Positions 38,557-52,231 of a DNA stretch of 64,000 bases are shown here, in pieces. The position numbers were made by a program, and so were the translations under genes. The notes beneath the pieces are model-generated. The model did not search any database. It was not told the origin of the DNA and was given only the letters and a program-made list of their open reading frames with translations. Source of the stretch: an uncultured delta proteobacterium. Its GTDB lineage: Bacteria; Bdellovibrionota; FAC87; UBA2466. Position 1 is the first letter of the stretch. Every line of letters begins with the position of its first letter. The DNA lies in contig CAVZSV010000004.1 of NCBI GenBank assembly GCA_963778115.1, positions 2,144,001-2,208,000 on the forward strand, written 5' to 3'.

Positions 38557-39332
38557 CCCCAATGAATATAGGTTCGCTTTACTTTACTCCGTCCTTTTCT
38601 TCTTCGGATCGGCAGTCTTTTTTTTGCGCCTTAGGCTTAGACCAACTTCCCTTTCTCTATATTGAATCCGTTGATTCTGGAGCCATTCTTTCAGCCATGG
38701 AAGTGAGCAACGGAACCGGCAGCCCGCTTCTCGAGCCGACTGAATTAAATGAACTTGGAGATCTTACCTGCGAAAGTGGCGCTACGGTTCTTTTGGAACA
38801 TACCGAAGGACATCTTGCTTGTGTTGCCGCGCCTTCAATTCCCTCGCTATGGCGAGATCTATTTCCTTTCCCTTTTAATGCCATCTCCTATCGATTCAAT
38901 CCCGTTGCCGGCATCAGGCTTTCTCTGAGACCGGCAAGCTTCTCTGAAAAAATAGCTGCCCTTAACGAAGCCTTGGTTGATTTGGAGCAGCACATGATGC
39001 GATTCGAAGTCAGTATCCTGACAATTAAGCGGGAGACCCGTAGTTTCCCTACCCTGTTTCACTACGTGCGTTCCAAGCGAATTCGAGTAGGGACCTCGGA
39101 GGTGCTAAAGGATTTGGCGGCCCGGGTTGACCGCAACGAGATCGGAGCCTCTGACGTACGCCAGTTCTTCGGCACCCGAGTCGGTTGGTTTGAGCTAGAT
39201 CTACAGGCTAACGAGGCCACCGATCCTGTCCAAAGGGTACTTTCGGCGATTGAACGGATGGTGCTCCCTGGGCCGCCGGAGACGGGATTTTCCCCTGGCA
39301 TTGCCGCACCTCATCCCGAAATTAGTTTGTAA
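38553..39332 (+). CDS. hypothetical protein
   Basis: 259-aa ORF translationally coupled (ATGA) to the upstream gene. Confidence 0.65.
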   Translation: MTPMNIGSLYFTPSFSSSDRQSFFCALGLDQLPFLYIESVDSGAILSAMEVSNGTGSPLLEPTELNELGDLTCESGATVLLEHTEGHLACVAAPSIPSLWRDLFPFPFNAISYRFNPVAGIRLSLRPASFSEKIAALNEALVDLEQHMMRFEVSILTIKRETRSFPTLFHYVRSKRIRVGTSEVLKDLAARVDRNEIGASDVRQFFGTRVGWFELDLQANEATDPVQRVLSAIERMVLPGPPETGFSPGIAAPHPEISL

Positions 39333-39366
39333 ACCCCCTCCATTCCTGATACTTGGATGTTTTCAA

Positions 39367-39472
39367 TCCTTGCTCTACCCAAGAGGTAGGGCCGGACTTG
39401 AGCCTAGCTTTTTAGCACTTTTTAAGTGGTGACCGGTTGTCACCTGGGAACAAGGCCAGACCGAAAGGAGCC
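39367..39472 (+). ncRNA. rpsF leader (S6:S18-binding cis-regulatory RNA)
   Basis: TCCTT-GCTCTACC-loop-GGTAGGG-CCG ... GACCGAAAGGAG: anti-SD, hairpin, CCG motif and SD, as in known S6:S18 leaders. Confidence 0.65.
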
Positions 39473-39474
39473 AT

Positions 39475-39867
39475 ATGTCTACTGCAAGTACTCACTGCTA
39501 CGAAACCGTCTATCTTCTTAAGCCAGGAATATCAGAGACTGATGCGTCGACGATCCACTCTAAGGTCGACAATGTTATTTCGAAATTTCAAGGCAACCTC
39601 AACGTTCGTGACGATTGGGGTGTTTCTGAGTTGGCCTACGAGATCAAAAACGAGCGCAATGGTCGCTTCGTGGTCATTCATTATAGCGGCGCCAAAGGCA
39701 TCGTTGAGGAGATCGAACGGCATTTTAAGATTTTAGATGACGTCATTCGCTATATGACCGTGCAGGTCCCGAGTGATTACGACTATCAAAAGATCAAAAA
39801 GCAGATCCAGACTTCCGAAGAAGAGTTCAAAAAGAACCGCGAACTGAGGAAGAAGGGACAGATGTGA
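39475..39867 (+). CDS. rpsF: 30S ribosomal protein S6
   Basis: YET.Y.L.P, WG...LAYEIK, E.ER.F.I.D.VIRY. Confidence 0.95.
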   Translation: MSTASTHCYETVYLLKPGISETDASTIHSKVDNVISKFQGNLNVRDDWGVSELAYEIKNERNGRFVVIHYSGAKGIVEEIERHFKILDDVIRYMTVQVPSDYDYQKIKKQIQTSEEEFKKNRELRKKGQM

Positions 39868-40190
39868 GTTTGCCCGAAGAAGGTGGCGAAAACCGCGTTT
39901 ACCTGACAGGTAAAGTGAGCCGAAAAGGCTCATTAAAATATACCCCGTCCGGGGTAGCGGTTTGCGATTTCACCTTCGCTGTTCGGCAAAATCACTTCGA
40001 TAAGGCCTCAACAGGGTATTTTGAAGTTCAAGTTTTGGGAAAGTCGGCGGAAGACAGAGCCGCCGACCTAAAAATTGGAAAAAAACTTCGGCTAAGCGGC
40101 AGTCTCTGGGCCCGATCCTTTAAGGATCGCCAAGGACGCCTGGTAAATGAAACCAAGGTGCTGGCCGAAAATATTCAGGAAGCTATTTAG
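39864..40190 (+). CDS. short OB-fold ssDNA-binding protein (SSB/PriB-like, no acidic tail)
   Basis: NRVYLTG, KYTPSG.AV..F..AV, G.L..RS..D..G; lies between rpsF and rpsR. Confidence 0.85.
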   Translation: MSLPEEGGENRVYLTGKVSRKGSLKYTPSGVAVCDFTFAVRQNHFDKASTGYFEVQVLGKSAEDRAADLKIGKKLRLSGSLWARSFKDRQGRLVNETKVLAENIQEAI

Positions 40191-40198
40191 GAGGGATC

Positions 40199-40525
40199 AT
40201 GAAACGATTCGAAGATAAGGAAAGAGGCGGTGACCGTGGAGGCGACCGAGGCGGAGATCGCGGTGGTGATAGAGGCGATCGTGGGGGCGGAGGAGGAGAA
40301 AAGCGCTCTTTCCAGAAACGACGAGGATGTCGCTTTTGCGCGGAACCGGGCTTGGTCATCGACTACAAAGACAAATACATCTATTCGTCAGCGGTGACGG
40401 AGCGTTTTAAAATCGTTCCCCGGCGAATTTCGGGCAACTGCGCCGGACACCAACGGGATCTCACTATTGCCATTAAGCGGGCGCGCCATATTGGAATTAT
40501 TCCATACACGACGGCGCAGTTCTAG
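40199..40525 (+). CDS. rpsR: 30S ribosomal protein S18 (zinc-binding type) with N-terminal (RGGD)n extension
   Basis: CRFC, IDYKD, TER.KIVPRRISGNC..HQR.L..AIKRAR. Confidence 0.96.
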   Translation: MKRFEDKERGGDRGGDRGGDRGGDRGDRGGGGGEKRSFQKRRGCRFCAEPGLVIDYKDKYIYSSAVTERFKIVPRRISGNCAGHQRDLTIAIKRARHIGIIPYTTAQF

Positions 40526-40536
40526 AGCGGGAACTA

Positions 40537-41541
40537 ATGAGAGTTATTAATGACAGAAACGAAAAGAGAGAATCGAGCGAGCAGCTCGATTTTCTTTCCG
40601 TTTTTGTGCACGGGATAATCGTGATGTTCGGGTTCCTAGTGGCCCCCTTATGTCCTTTTTCGATGATAGGAAGCCATGCTCGCACCGTGGAACCCTGGCC
40701 CAAGGTGATAGCTTTGTCTGGTGCTTTGGCTGCAGCATTTATCTTTGAGATACCCGCTCTTAGGATCGTCGCCCTGTTTATCTTTAGTCTATTCGTCGCG
40801 GATGCCGTTTGGCGAGGAACGAAGCTTCCTCAGTTGCTGCTTTCTGCTTCCGCGGTGGCTCTGGGGATCTTGGCCTTTGCCTTTGTATACAAAGCACAAC
40901 TGAACGGTCAGGGAATCGTGGAGTGTGCAAAAATAGAAATCCAACGGTTAAGTGAATTAACCAGTGACTACCGAAAGTCGCTTCAGATGAGCCCTACTGC
41001 CGCCACAGACATCGTCAGGGATCAGATTATGTCATGGGGATTCTGGAAATATCTCTATGTTGCTGTCCTCTCGTCGATAGTGTCCGATAATAGCCAGTTG
41101 ATTCGTAGAGAACTTATCGTGGACGGTTCGTCTCTCTACCTAGCATTCATGCTCTTTTCGTTGCTCGTATCTATCGGTCTAGCGTCTTATCTAAAATGGT
41201 TTCCGGAAAAACATACCTATTCTGCCCCTGAATTGCGGCGGTTTCGCTTTCCGATGGCACTCAGCATCTGCTTTGTAGCAATCGTGGTCGGGAGTGAATT
41301 TGTCGCGGCCAAGAATCAATATTTGTTCGACGCGGTGAAGTTGTTTGTGGGAGTTCTTATGTTTTTCCAGGGCATGTGTCTTCTCTCTACACTTTTGTCA
41401 AAGGGGTTGGTTCAACCGTGGATTAGAGCCGTGCTCTATGCCATTGGTTCGTTACCCCCCGGAATTGGCGTCATGGTCTTGGTTGGGGTGGTAACTCCCT
41501 GGCTGTCCCGACGAGTGAATCGATTGGAGGAAATCAAATGA
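40537..41541 (+). CDS. DUF2232/YybS-like membrane protein
   Basis: multi-TM protein with FFQG motif at the usual position between rpsR and rplI. Confidence 0.65.
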   Translation: MRVINDRNEKRESSEQLDFLSVFVHGIIVMFGFLVAPLCPFSMIGSHARTVEPWPKVIALSGALAAAFIFEIPALRIVALFIFSLFVADAVWRGTKLPQLLLSASAVALGILAFAFVYKAQLNGQGIVECAKIEIQRLSELTSDYRKSLQMSPTAATDIVRDQIMSWGFWKYLYVAVLSSIVSDNSQLIRRELIVDGSSLYLAFMLFSLLVSIGLASYLKWFPEKHTYSAPELRRFRFPMALSICFVAIVVGSEFVAAKNQYLFDAVKLFVGVLMFFQGMCLLSTLLSKGLVQPWIRAVLYAIGSLPPGIGVMVLVGVVTPWLSRRVNRLEEIK

Positions 41542-41981
41542 AAGTGATCCTACGTGAAGATCTAAGTAATCTTGGAACTGCGGGCACTATCGTCAATGTG
41601 GCGAATGGATATGCGCGCAACTACCTTATTCCTCGCCAGTACGCCATCCCGGCGACTTCGAATAACCTAAAGACATTCGAACACGAGCGGCGGGTGCTTG
41701 AGGCCAAGCGAAATAAGCGCAAAAAAGAGGCGGAAGGCCTTAAAGCGAAACTGGAGCGCGTGTCTTGCTCCATATCCAAGAAGGTTGGCGAACAAGACAA
41801 ATTATTCGGCTCCGTCACTACTCAGGATATTGAAAAGGCATTTCAGGCGGAAGGCTTCCAGATAGATAAGAAAGACATCTTGCTAAGCGAGCCTATCAAG
41901 GCACTTGGCGTCTATACCGTGCCGATTCGGATCTTTGAAGAGATTGTGGCGAGTACCAAGGTTTGGGTAGTTCGCGAATAG
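41538..41981 (+). CDS. rplI: 50S ribosomal protein L9
   Basis: MKVIL, GYARNYLIP, KLFGSVT, PIKALG.Y. Confidence 0.98.
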   Translation: MKVILREDLSNLGTAGTIVNVANGYARNYLIPRQYAIPATSNNLKTFEHERRVLEAKRNKRKKEAEGLKAKLERVSCSISKKVGEQDKLFGSVTTQDIEKAFQAEGFQIDKKDILLSEPIKALGVYTVPIRIFEEIVASTKVWVVRE

Positions 41982-41991
41982 AGTTTAAAAG

Positions 41992-42020
41992 GAGGTCGGG
42001 AGTTAAGCGCTTCCGATCTC
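41992..42020. terminator. hairpin between convergent rplI and TIGR02147 genes
   Basis: GAGGTCGGGAG / CTTCCGATCTC 11-bp stem with G-U pairs. Confidence 0.55.
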
Positions 42021-42034
42021 TAATCCGTCTCTTT

Positions 42035-42892
42035 TCATAGGCTATCGCCCTTCTGTGTCACGGGGAACAAGTAAAGTCCGACGAAATAAACCTCGTCGGC
42101 GTCGCGATCCACTCCATATTTCCGATTGAGTTTGCGACGGAACTCCTTGATCTCTTCCTTCACCTCTTTAAGACGAGTGTTCGGAATCGAGACTACCAAT
42201 CCCGATAGTTCTCTTTTTTCCATCGAAACGGAAAAGATCGAAGTGATAGCCTTACGCAAATAGTTCCGATGCAAACTTCTAATTACGTGAGAAGGAACTT
42301 CATCGGAGGTAGTGAGCAAAGGTTCCGTCTGCTCAAACTTCCCTTCGAGATTGCGATGAATTACCTGCAGGCGGATAAGCAGCTCCAGGCTTTCTTTGGC
42401 CTGAGCTTCAGAGATCTTGCCTCCAAGTCGCTTGGCGATCCATGCCGGATCCTCTTTAAAATCCTTGCAGGCGACCAATTCACGAATTACCGAATGGTGC
42501 CAATCCAAAAGCAGTTTAATGCGGTCCGCACGAAGTGGGGTGGGAGTCCGTTGTTTCTCCTGGTATTTCAATAAAGAGCGTAGATGGAGCTCTTTGCTAT
42601 CGGGGTCAGAGACCTCCTGATACATCACCAGCTCTCGGAAATACTTCTCTTCATCACGGCTAAGCCCAAGGCCTCTCGCGAATTGGAACAGGGTCCGATC
42701 CGTGATTCTTCGTTTTCCGTCCACCACCAGCTTTAGGTAGTTCGGCGATCCCAACTTGGCCTTTCGAGCAAATAGGCGATAGCTATAGGCAGAGTTCCGC
42801 TTCTTATGAAACTGGTAATAGTCGTGCAGATACTCTCGGTAATCGAAGTAATCGAATAGATTTGGCGCGGTATCTTTAATGAAATCCCCCAT
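42035..42892 (-). CDS. TIGR02147 family protein (DUF4423)
   Basis: FDY.DYREYL.DYY, SYR.FA.KA.LGSPNYLKLV..GKR, W.H..IREL, DP.WIA. Confidence 0.92.
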   Translation of the reverse strand: MGDFIKDTAPNLFDYFDYREYLHDYYQFHKKRNSAYSYRLFARKAKLGSPNYLKLVVDGKRRITDRTLFQFARGLGLSRDEEKYFRELVMYQEVSDPDSKELHLRSLLKYQEKQRTPTPLRADRIKLLLDWHHSVIRELVACKDFKEDPAWIAKRLGGKISEAQAKESLELLIRLQVIHRNLEGKFEQTEPLLTTSDEVPSHVIRSLHRNYLRKAITSIFSVSMEKRELSGLVVSIPNTRLKEVKEEIKEFRRKLNRKYGVDRDADEVYFVGLYLFPVTQKGDSL

Positions 42893-43087
42893 AAGTCACT
42901 TGGTCCGAACAGGGTCTCAGGCGGGAGATAGACTAGATACGGGAACGTTAGAAGGAACAACCCATCATCACTATACGGTTTACGGCGCCCCCACCCTACC
43001 GTCTTAACTTTGTACCACGGGATATCTGACGATATCAAATAATTTGGCAGAGGTAAGAATAGCCTTCAAAAAGGAAGAAAAGCCCGC

Positions 43088-44089
43088 TCAAGCGGGAAGG
43101 CCCTGTTCCCAATGCCGGAAGTTTGTGACGGCTAGGTCCAGGTTTCTTAGCTCTTCGTCGGCTTCAGAGACAGAAAGTTGAGAGCCCACGTAGTAAACGT
43201 CCGGCAGAATTTCGAGCGACTCCCCTAAAACTGGCGATTCACCCGAAATTTGGCTCAAATAAACGATCCGTTCCTGCTTAATGGCCGCCTTTAGACCGGT
43301 AAACTCCTTTTCAATCTCTCGACGCATCGTACGAAGACATTTAGCGACCTCTTCTCGATCCTCGGCGATCTCTTCATCCAAAAAGAGCAACCACTCGATG
43401 GTGAATGGATTCGTAGCCCCCACAGCGTTTTGGCGCTCCACTCCAATGGCGCGAAGCTTTTTGTCTTTAAAGCGAAACGGAAAGACGATGGAGTTCTCAC
43501 TGGGAAAAATCTTGCGGTCCGTCTCCAGAGTCAAATTGATTCCTCCGGGAAGCATTTGCGTCTTTTTCAACAATCGAAGTAGACTTAATTTGTCGCCCAT
43601 CCAAATGTTGCGCAATTGAGGAAGTGAATTACACCAAATTACTTTGTCGTATTCGATCGTGCTTCCATCTTGGCAGACGACGATCTTTTTCTCGGGATTA
43701 ATTTCTGTGACCTCTTTACGCAATTGGATCTGCTCGGAAAGGTTTTTCCGCAAATGGGTAGTTATCGACGAGAAATTATCTTTAGGCGAAAAGAACGGGT
43801 ACTTTAAATAAAATTTCTCTTCGTCACTTGCCTCTTCGTCGAGATCGTTCCATTCGCCTTTTCGTCTTAATTTCGGTGCGTCCGTCACTTCTCTCCATTC
43901 GATTCCTTGAACCATTCCTGAAAGAAATTCACGTGTCGACGGAGCGTACAATCGATGGTGCCCCACCTCGACTCGACCTCCCACGGAGTCTGATTTCTCT
44001 AAAAGAACAAACGGAATGCCACGTCTCTTCAGAGATTGAGCGGTTAAAAGACCACAAAGACCACCACCGATAATCACATATGGGTTCAT
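43088..44089 (-). CDS. FAD/NAD(P)-binding oxidoreductase-like protein
   Basis: IIGGGLCGL Rossmann motif, LLEKS..VGGR; remainder divergent. Confidence 0.75.
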   Translation of the reverse strand: MNPYVIIGGGLCGLLTAQSLKRRGIPFVLLEKSDSVGGRVEVGHHRLYAPSTREFLSGMVQGIEWREVTDAPKLRRKGEWNDLDEEASDEEKFYLKYPFFSPKDNFSSITTHLRKNLSEQIQLRKEVTEINPEKKIVVCQDGSTIEYDKVIWCNSLPQLRNIWMGDKLSLLRLLKKTQMLPGGINLTLETDRKIFPSENSIVFPFRFKDKKLRAIGVERQNAVGATNPFTIEWLLFLDEEIAEDREEVAKCLRTMRREIEKEFTGLKAAIKQERIVYLSQISGESPVLGESLEILPDVYYVGSQLSVSEADEELRNLDLAVTNFRHWEQGLPA

Positions 44090-44170
44090 CACCTTCAGTT
44101 TACACGCGCGTCAGTGTTTTTCAAACCGACCCCCGAGATGAAAAAAATCTTAAAAATCGGATCATTGCCC

Positions 44171-44389
44171 TTGCCTTTTCAAAAACGGAAGCTAGATTAC
44201 ATCACTCGGCAATGCATTCCCTTACGGGAAATGAGTTGCCCGCTCTCTGTTAATCGAAAATTTCTAGCTCTGCTCACCGAGCCCAACTTCTTTAAAAGAG
44301 TGAAAAAAATCACTCAAAAGAAGTTGACAGTTTTGATGACGCAGGACTAATAATCAAGGTTTCCAGAAAATTTCTGGTCTTTGAAAACT
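44171..44389 (+). promoter_or_regulatory. rRNA operon promoter region (tandem sigma-70 promoters, boxA)
   Basis: TTGCCT-N16-TAGATT (44171-44198); TTGACA (44324) with a downstream TAATAAT; boxA-like GGTCTTTGAAAA; leader AAAACTAAATAGCAAAGA pairs with ITS TCTTTGCTATTTAGTTTT. Confidence 0.6.
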
Positions 44390-44496
44390 AAATAGCAAAG
44401 ACGCCAATTTACGGGCCATATCAATTCAGGCCGAGGCTTTTTCAGCTCGGCCGACATAGTATAAGGAAGTAGAAACTTGTTTCTACTTTCAATATT

Positions 44497-46063
<1,567 letters not shown>

Positions 46064-46250
46064 TAATTTTTTGGAAACCTAGTTTCTTTAAAAATGAAAC
46101 TAATGGTCAATCCCGTAATGAAAGCTCTTTGCTATTTAGTTTTGAGGGGCCAGGACTCTCGAAATGAGAGAATTTGGTTTGGTCTTTTGAAAGTTTTTTA
46201 AGGTGGCCCAAAGAAGTTGGTGGATTCGACTTCTGGGCGAAGAGTTTAGA

Positions 46251-46326
46251 GGGCCTATAGCTCAGTTGGTTAGAGCACCGCTCTGATAAGCGGAGGTCGG
46301 AAGTTCAACTCTTCCTGGGCCCACCA
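46251..46326 (+). tRNA. tRNA-Ile(GAT) in the ITS, anticodon arm one nucleotide short
   Basis: GGGCCTA/TGGGCCC acceptor, D-arm GCTC-AGTTGGTTA-GAGC, CTGATAA, GGAAG-TTCAACT-CTTCC T-arm, encoded CCA. Confidence 0.9.
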
Positions 46327-46509
46327 GTATGAGATTAGGTATTAATTTTAAGATTAATACTTAACCTAAAAAAGTTTGTTGGATCTGAGGGAAAGACGAT
46401 CTTGCTGAGGTCGTTCTATCGACGAGCCAACCGGTCTTTGACAATTGCATAGGGTAATGTATGTCCAGTTCTAAAACTGATGAGATTTCTCTGGACGAGC
46501 AAATGTAAG

Positions 46510-49516
<3,007 letters not shown>

Positions 49517-49656
49517 TTATTTACCTGTCTGGATGAGACTTAGAAGTCTGGATTTTACTTACCCTATGCATTGTCAAAGAATTGCATGACTCGCCCGAGC
49601 TTAGGCGGAGGCAAGCAGCGTAAGTTCAATCCTTGCTTTGGATGCGTTACACAGCT

Positions 49657-49772
<116 letters not shown>

Positions 49773-49779
49773 TTTAATT

Positions 49780-49823
49780 GGCCCAGGTGGTTCGACTAGT
49801 TCGAACTGCCTGGGCTATTTTTT
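49780..49823 (+). terminator. rho-independent terminator of the rRNA operon
   Basis: GGCCCAGGTGGTTCGA...TCGAACTGCCTGGGCT followed by a T-run. Confidence 0.85.
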
Positions 49824-49837
49824 GCCAATCGGTTTAC

Positions 49838-50578
49838 ATGACCAAATCTTCCACCGCGCCGGGCGACTCGGCGAAAAAGTTGGACGAACAGCTGGAAGGC
49901 AGGAGAGATCTTGTCTGGGCGCTGGTTTTTTGTCTTATTGCCGTGGTGGTGGTTCGCTCGTTTCTTTTCGAGCCCTTCAAAATTCCCTCAAGTAGTATGG
50001 TTCCGACCCTTCGAATCGGCGATTATATTTTTGTGTCGAAGTTTAGTTATTCCTTGGTACTTCCCATGACTAAATTGGAAATAGTTCGAACAGGAACTCC
50101 GAAACGGGGAGATGTGATCGTATTTCTATTTCCTAGAGATGAATCGCTTCACTACATCAAGCGTGTGGTTGGTGTACCGGGAGATCTCGTTGAATTTAAG
50201 GGAAAGGATCTGATCATCAATGGAAAAACGGTTCCTAAGAAGAGAGTGACCGACCCGGGAGAGATTCAACGAATTACGGGTTCTCGTGAGATGACAGGAG
50301 AACTGTACGAAGAGATTCTGGGCGACGTTCATTATGTGAAATATAGCAAGGCAACGACCGATTTTCCGAGGAGAACAGCGCCCGAAGTCGTGCCCGAAAA
50401 TCAGTTTTTCGTGGCTGGAGATAATCGCGATGATTCTTACGACAGCCGTTCGTGGGGATACGTTCCTCGAGAGAATTTAAAAGGAAAAGCTCAGATTATC
50501 TGGCTTTCTATCGACGACGAAGCCAAATGGGGACTGGATAAGTTTCGTTGGAATCGCTCGGGCACGGCTATTCGGTAA
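49838..50578 (+). CDS. lepB: signal peptidase I
   Basis: EPFKIPSSSMVPTL (Ser), YIKRVVG.PGD (Lys), GDNRDDS.DSR.WG; start moved to ATG 49838. Confidence 0.95.
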   Translation: MTKSSTAPGDSAKKLDEQLEGRRDLVWALVFCLIAVVVVRSFLFEPFKIPSSSMVPTLRIGDYIFVSKFSYSLVLPMTKLEIVRTGTPKRGDVIVFLFPRDESLHYIKRVVGVPGDLVEFKGKDLIINGKTVPKKRVTDPGEIQRITGSREMTGELYEEILGDVHYVKYSKATTDFPRRTAPEVVPENQFFVAGDNRDDSYDSRSWGYVPRENLKGKAQIIWLSIDDEAKWGLDKFRWNRSGTAIR

Positions 50579-51470
50579 GTAGTTCCTGCGCTAGTAACGC
50601 CGCCCCAATTGCCCCACTCTGATTGAGAAATTTGGTAGGCATTATCTTTACGTGGCGCGCGACCGACGGAAAGGCGTGTTTTCCGATCCAGGCCTGAATG
50701 TCTTCGAGGCGGGCAAGGATTCCCTTGGAAAGCCCCCCCCCAAGCAAAATGCAGTCGGGATCGAAAATATTGGCGAGGCTCGTTACCCCAATAAAAAGAT
50801 CGTCAAAAAATCGTTGCAGAATGGATCGGTAAGGTTCTTCGTTAGAACGAGCGAAGACATCTTTGGCGCTCAACCCTTTGCAGGCCAGTTCGATCGCCGA
50901 GGCGGAGCAATATCTTTCAAAGCAGCCCCTATTCCCGCAAGGACACCAAACACCGTCCGCATGAATGGAAAAGTGGCCTAATTCTCCCGCAGTTCCCGTG
51001 GAGCCCGCATACAATTTTCCATTCAAAATGAGACCACCGCCGACCCCAGTTCCAAAGGTAAGGAGAATGGCGTTGTTGGAGTTCATCGCATTGCCTATTT
51101 TCCACTCGGTAAACATTGCGCAATTGGCATCATTGGCAACGACGACAGGAAGGCCAAAATCCTGGCGGGCCCACTGCGCTAGGGGGACATCTTTAAAATC
51201 GGCGAAATTGGGTGAATTAAGCACCATTCCAGACTTAGGATCGACGGCTCCGGCACATCCGATTCCCAACCCATTAAAGGCAATGCCTCGGTCCTTGTAA
51301 TATTGGATAGCACGTCCCACGGCTTCGCGAACGGCATGAGGACCGTGCTTAGCGTCAGAGTCGATCCGATGTTCCTCGAGGATGACGTCGGGATTTTGGA
51401 GGGCAACGGTTTTAATGCGAGTACCGCCGATATCTATACCAAGAGTTATCCGCTTGCTAATGTTAAGCAT
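50568..51470 (-). CDS. ROK family sugar kinase (glucokinase-like)
   Basis: GIDIGGT, ANDANCA, GTGVGGG, GELGH, CPCGNRGCFE. Confidence 0.93.
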   Translation of the reverse strand: MLNISKRITLGIDIGGTRIKTVALQNPDVILEEHRIDSDAKHGPHAVREAVGRAIQYYKDRGIAFNGLGIGCAGAVDPKSGMVLNSPNFADFKDVPLAQWARQDFGLPVVVANDANCAMFTEWKIGNAMNSNNAILLTFGTGVGGGLILNGKLYAGSTGTAGELGHFSIHADGVWCPCGNRGCFERYCSASAIELACKGLSAKDVFARSNEEPYRSILQRFFDDLFIGVTSLANIFDPDCILLGGGLSKGILARLEDIQAWIGKHAFPSVARHVKIMPTKFLNQSGAIGAALLAQELLTE

Positions 51471-51508
51471 CTGATGGATATACTCTTAAAACCTCAAAGA
51501 ATAAAGCC

Positions 51509-52228
51509 GTGGAGAGCACCAATACGATTTTTCAGTTATCCGGGGTAGGGATCGCCTACTCCTCACGATTCGCCGTCGAAGACCTTAATTTAGAGCTAAA
51601 AAAGGGAGAAAGTCTGGCGCTTTTGGGGCTAAATGGAGCCGGAAAGACATCTACGATCCGATCCCTTTTAGGAATGCTTCGACCCAGACGGGGAGAGATT
51701 ACCGTTTTGGGGGATAGACCAGGACGAGTTAGCAATTACTTTCGTATAGGTTTTGCTCCCGAGGACGGCCTTCCTCCCGATTATCTCAGTGGAGAGGAAT
51801 ATCTCAATTTTGTAGGCGCGCTAAAGATTCGATCCAAAACAGAGAGAAAAGCTCAGATTAAAGCACTCTTGGAATGGTTCGAACTTTCGCCCAAAAAGAG
51901 AATCGGTGAATATTCCAAAGGGATGCAGAGAAAATTAATCTTGGCGCAGAGTTTTTTGGGAACTCCGGAACTTTTGATTTTGGACGAGCCTTTGAACGGT
52001 TTGGATCCGATTTTCATTCTAAGACTTCGTCAAAAATTAGAAGACTATTTGAAGGCTGGGGGAAGTTACTTGCTTAGTTCCCATATTCTAGCCGAAGTGG
52101 AAAAGACCTGTCATGACGTAGCCATCTTGCATGAGGGGCATCTGGTCAGTCGAGATTCCGTCGAAAACTTGGCGAAGGAGTTTGGTTCGGTGGAAAACGC
52201 ATTCACAAAAAAGATTGGAAAGAGTTAG
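51509..52228 (+). CDS. ABC transporter ATP-binding protein (ABC-2 type)
   Basis: GLNGAGKT, YSKGMQ, LILDEP.NGLD, SSH. Confidence 0.95.
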   Translation: MESTNTIFQLSGVGIAYSSRFAVEDLNLELKKGESLALLGLNGAGKTSTIRSLLGMLRPRRGEITVLGDRPGRVSNYFRIGFAPEDGLPPDYLSGEEYLNFVGALKIRSKTERKAQIKALLEWFELSPKKRIGEYSKGMQRKLILAQSFLGTPELLILDEPLNGLDPIFILRLRQKLEDYLKAGGSYLLSSHILAEVEKTCHDVAILHEGHLVSRDSVENLAKEFGSVENAFTKKIGKS

Positions 52229-52231
52229 CCA

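Noticed and set aside
39412..39432. TTAGCACTT...AAGTGGTGA resembling a CIRCE element
   Set aside because: The spacer is 3 nt rather than 9, the arms are degenerate, and it lies in the rpsF leader; no CIRCE is seen upstream of groES either
46141..46245. Possible tRNA-Ala in the ITS (GGGGCC..., TTCGAC)
   Set aside because: Forms only simple hairpins, with no cloverleaf or anticodon arm
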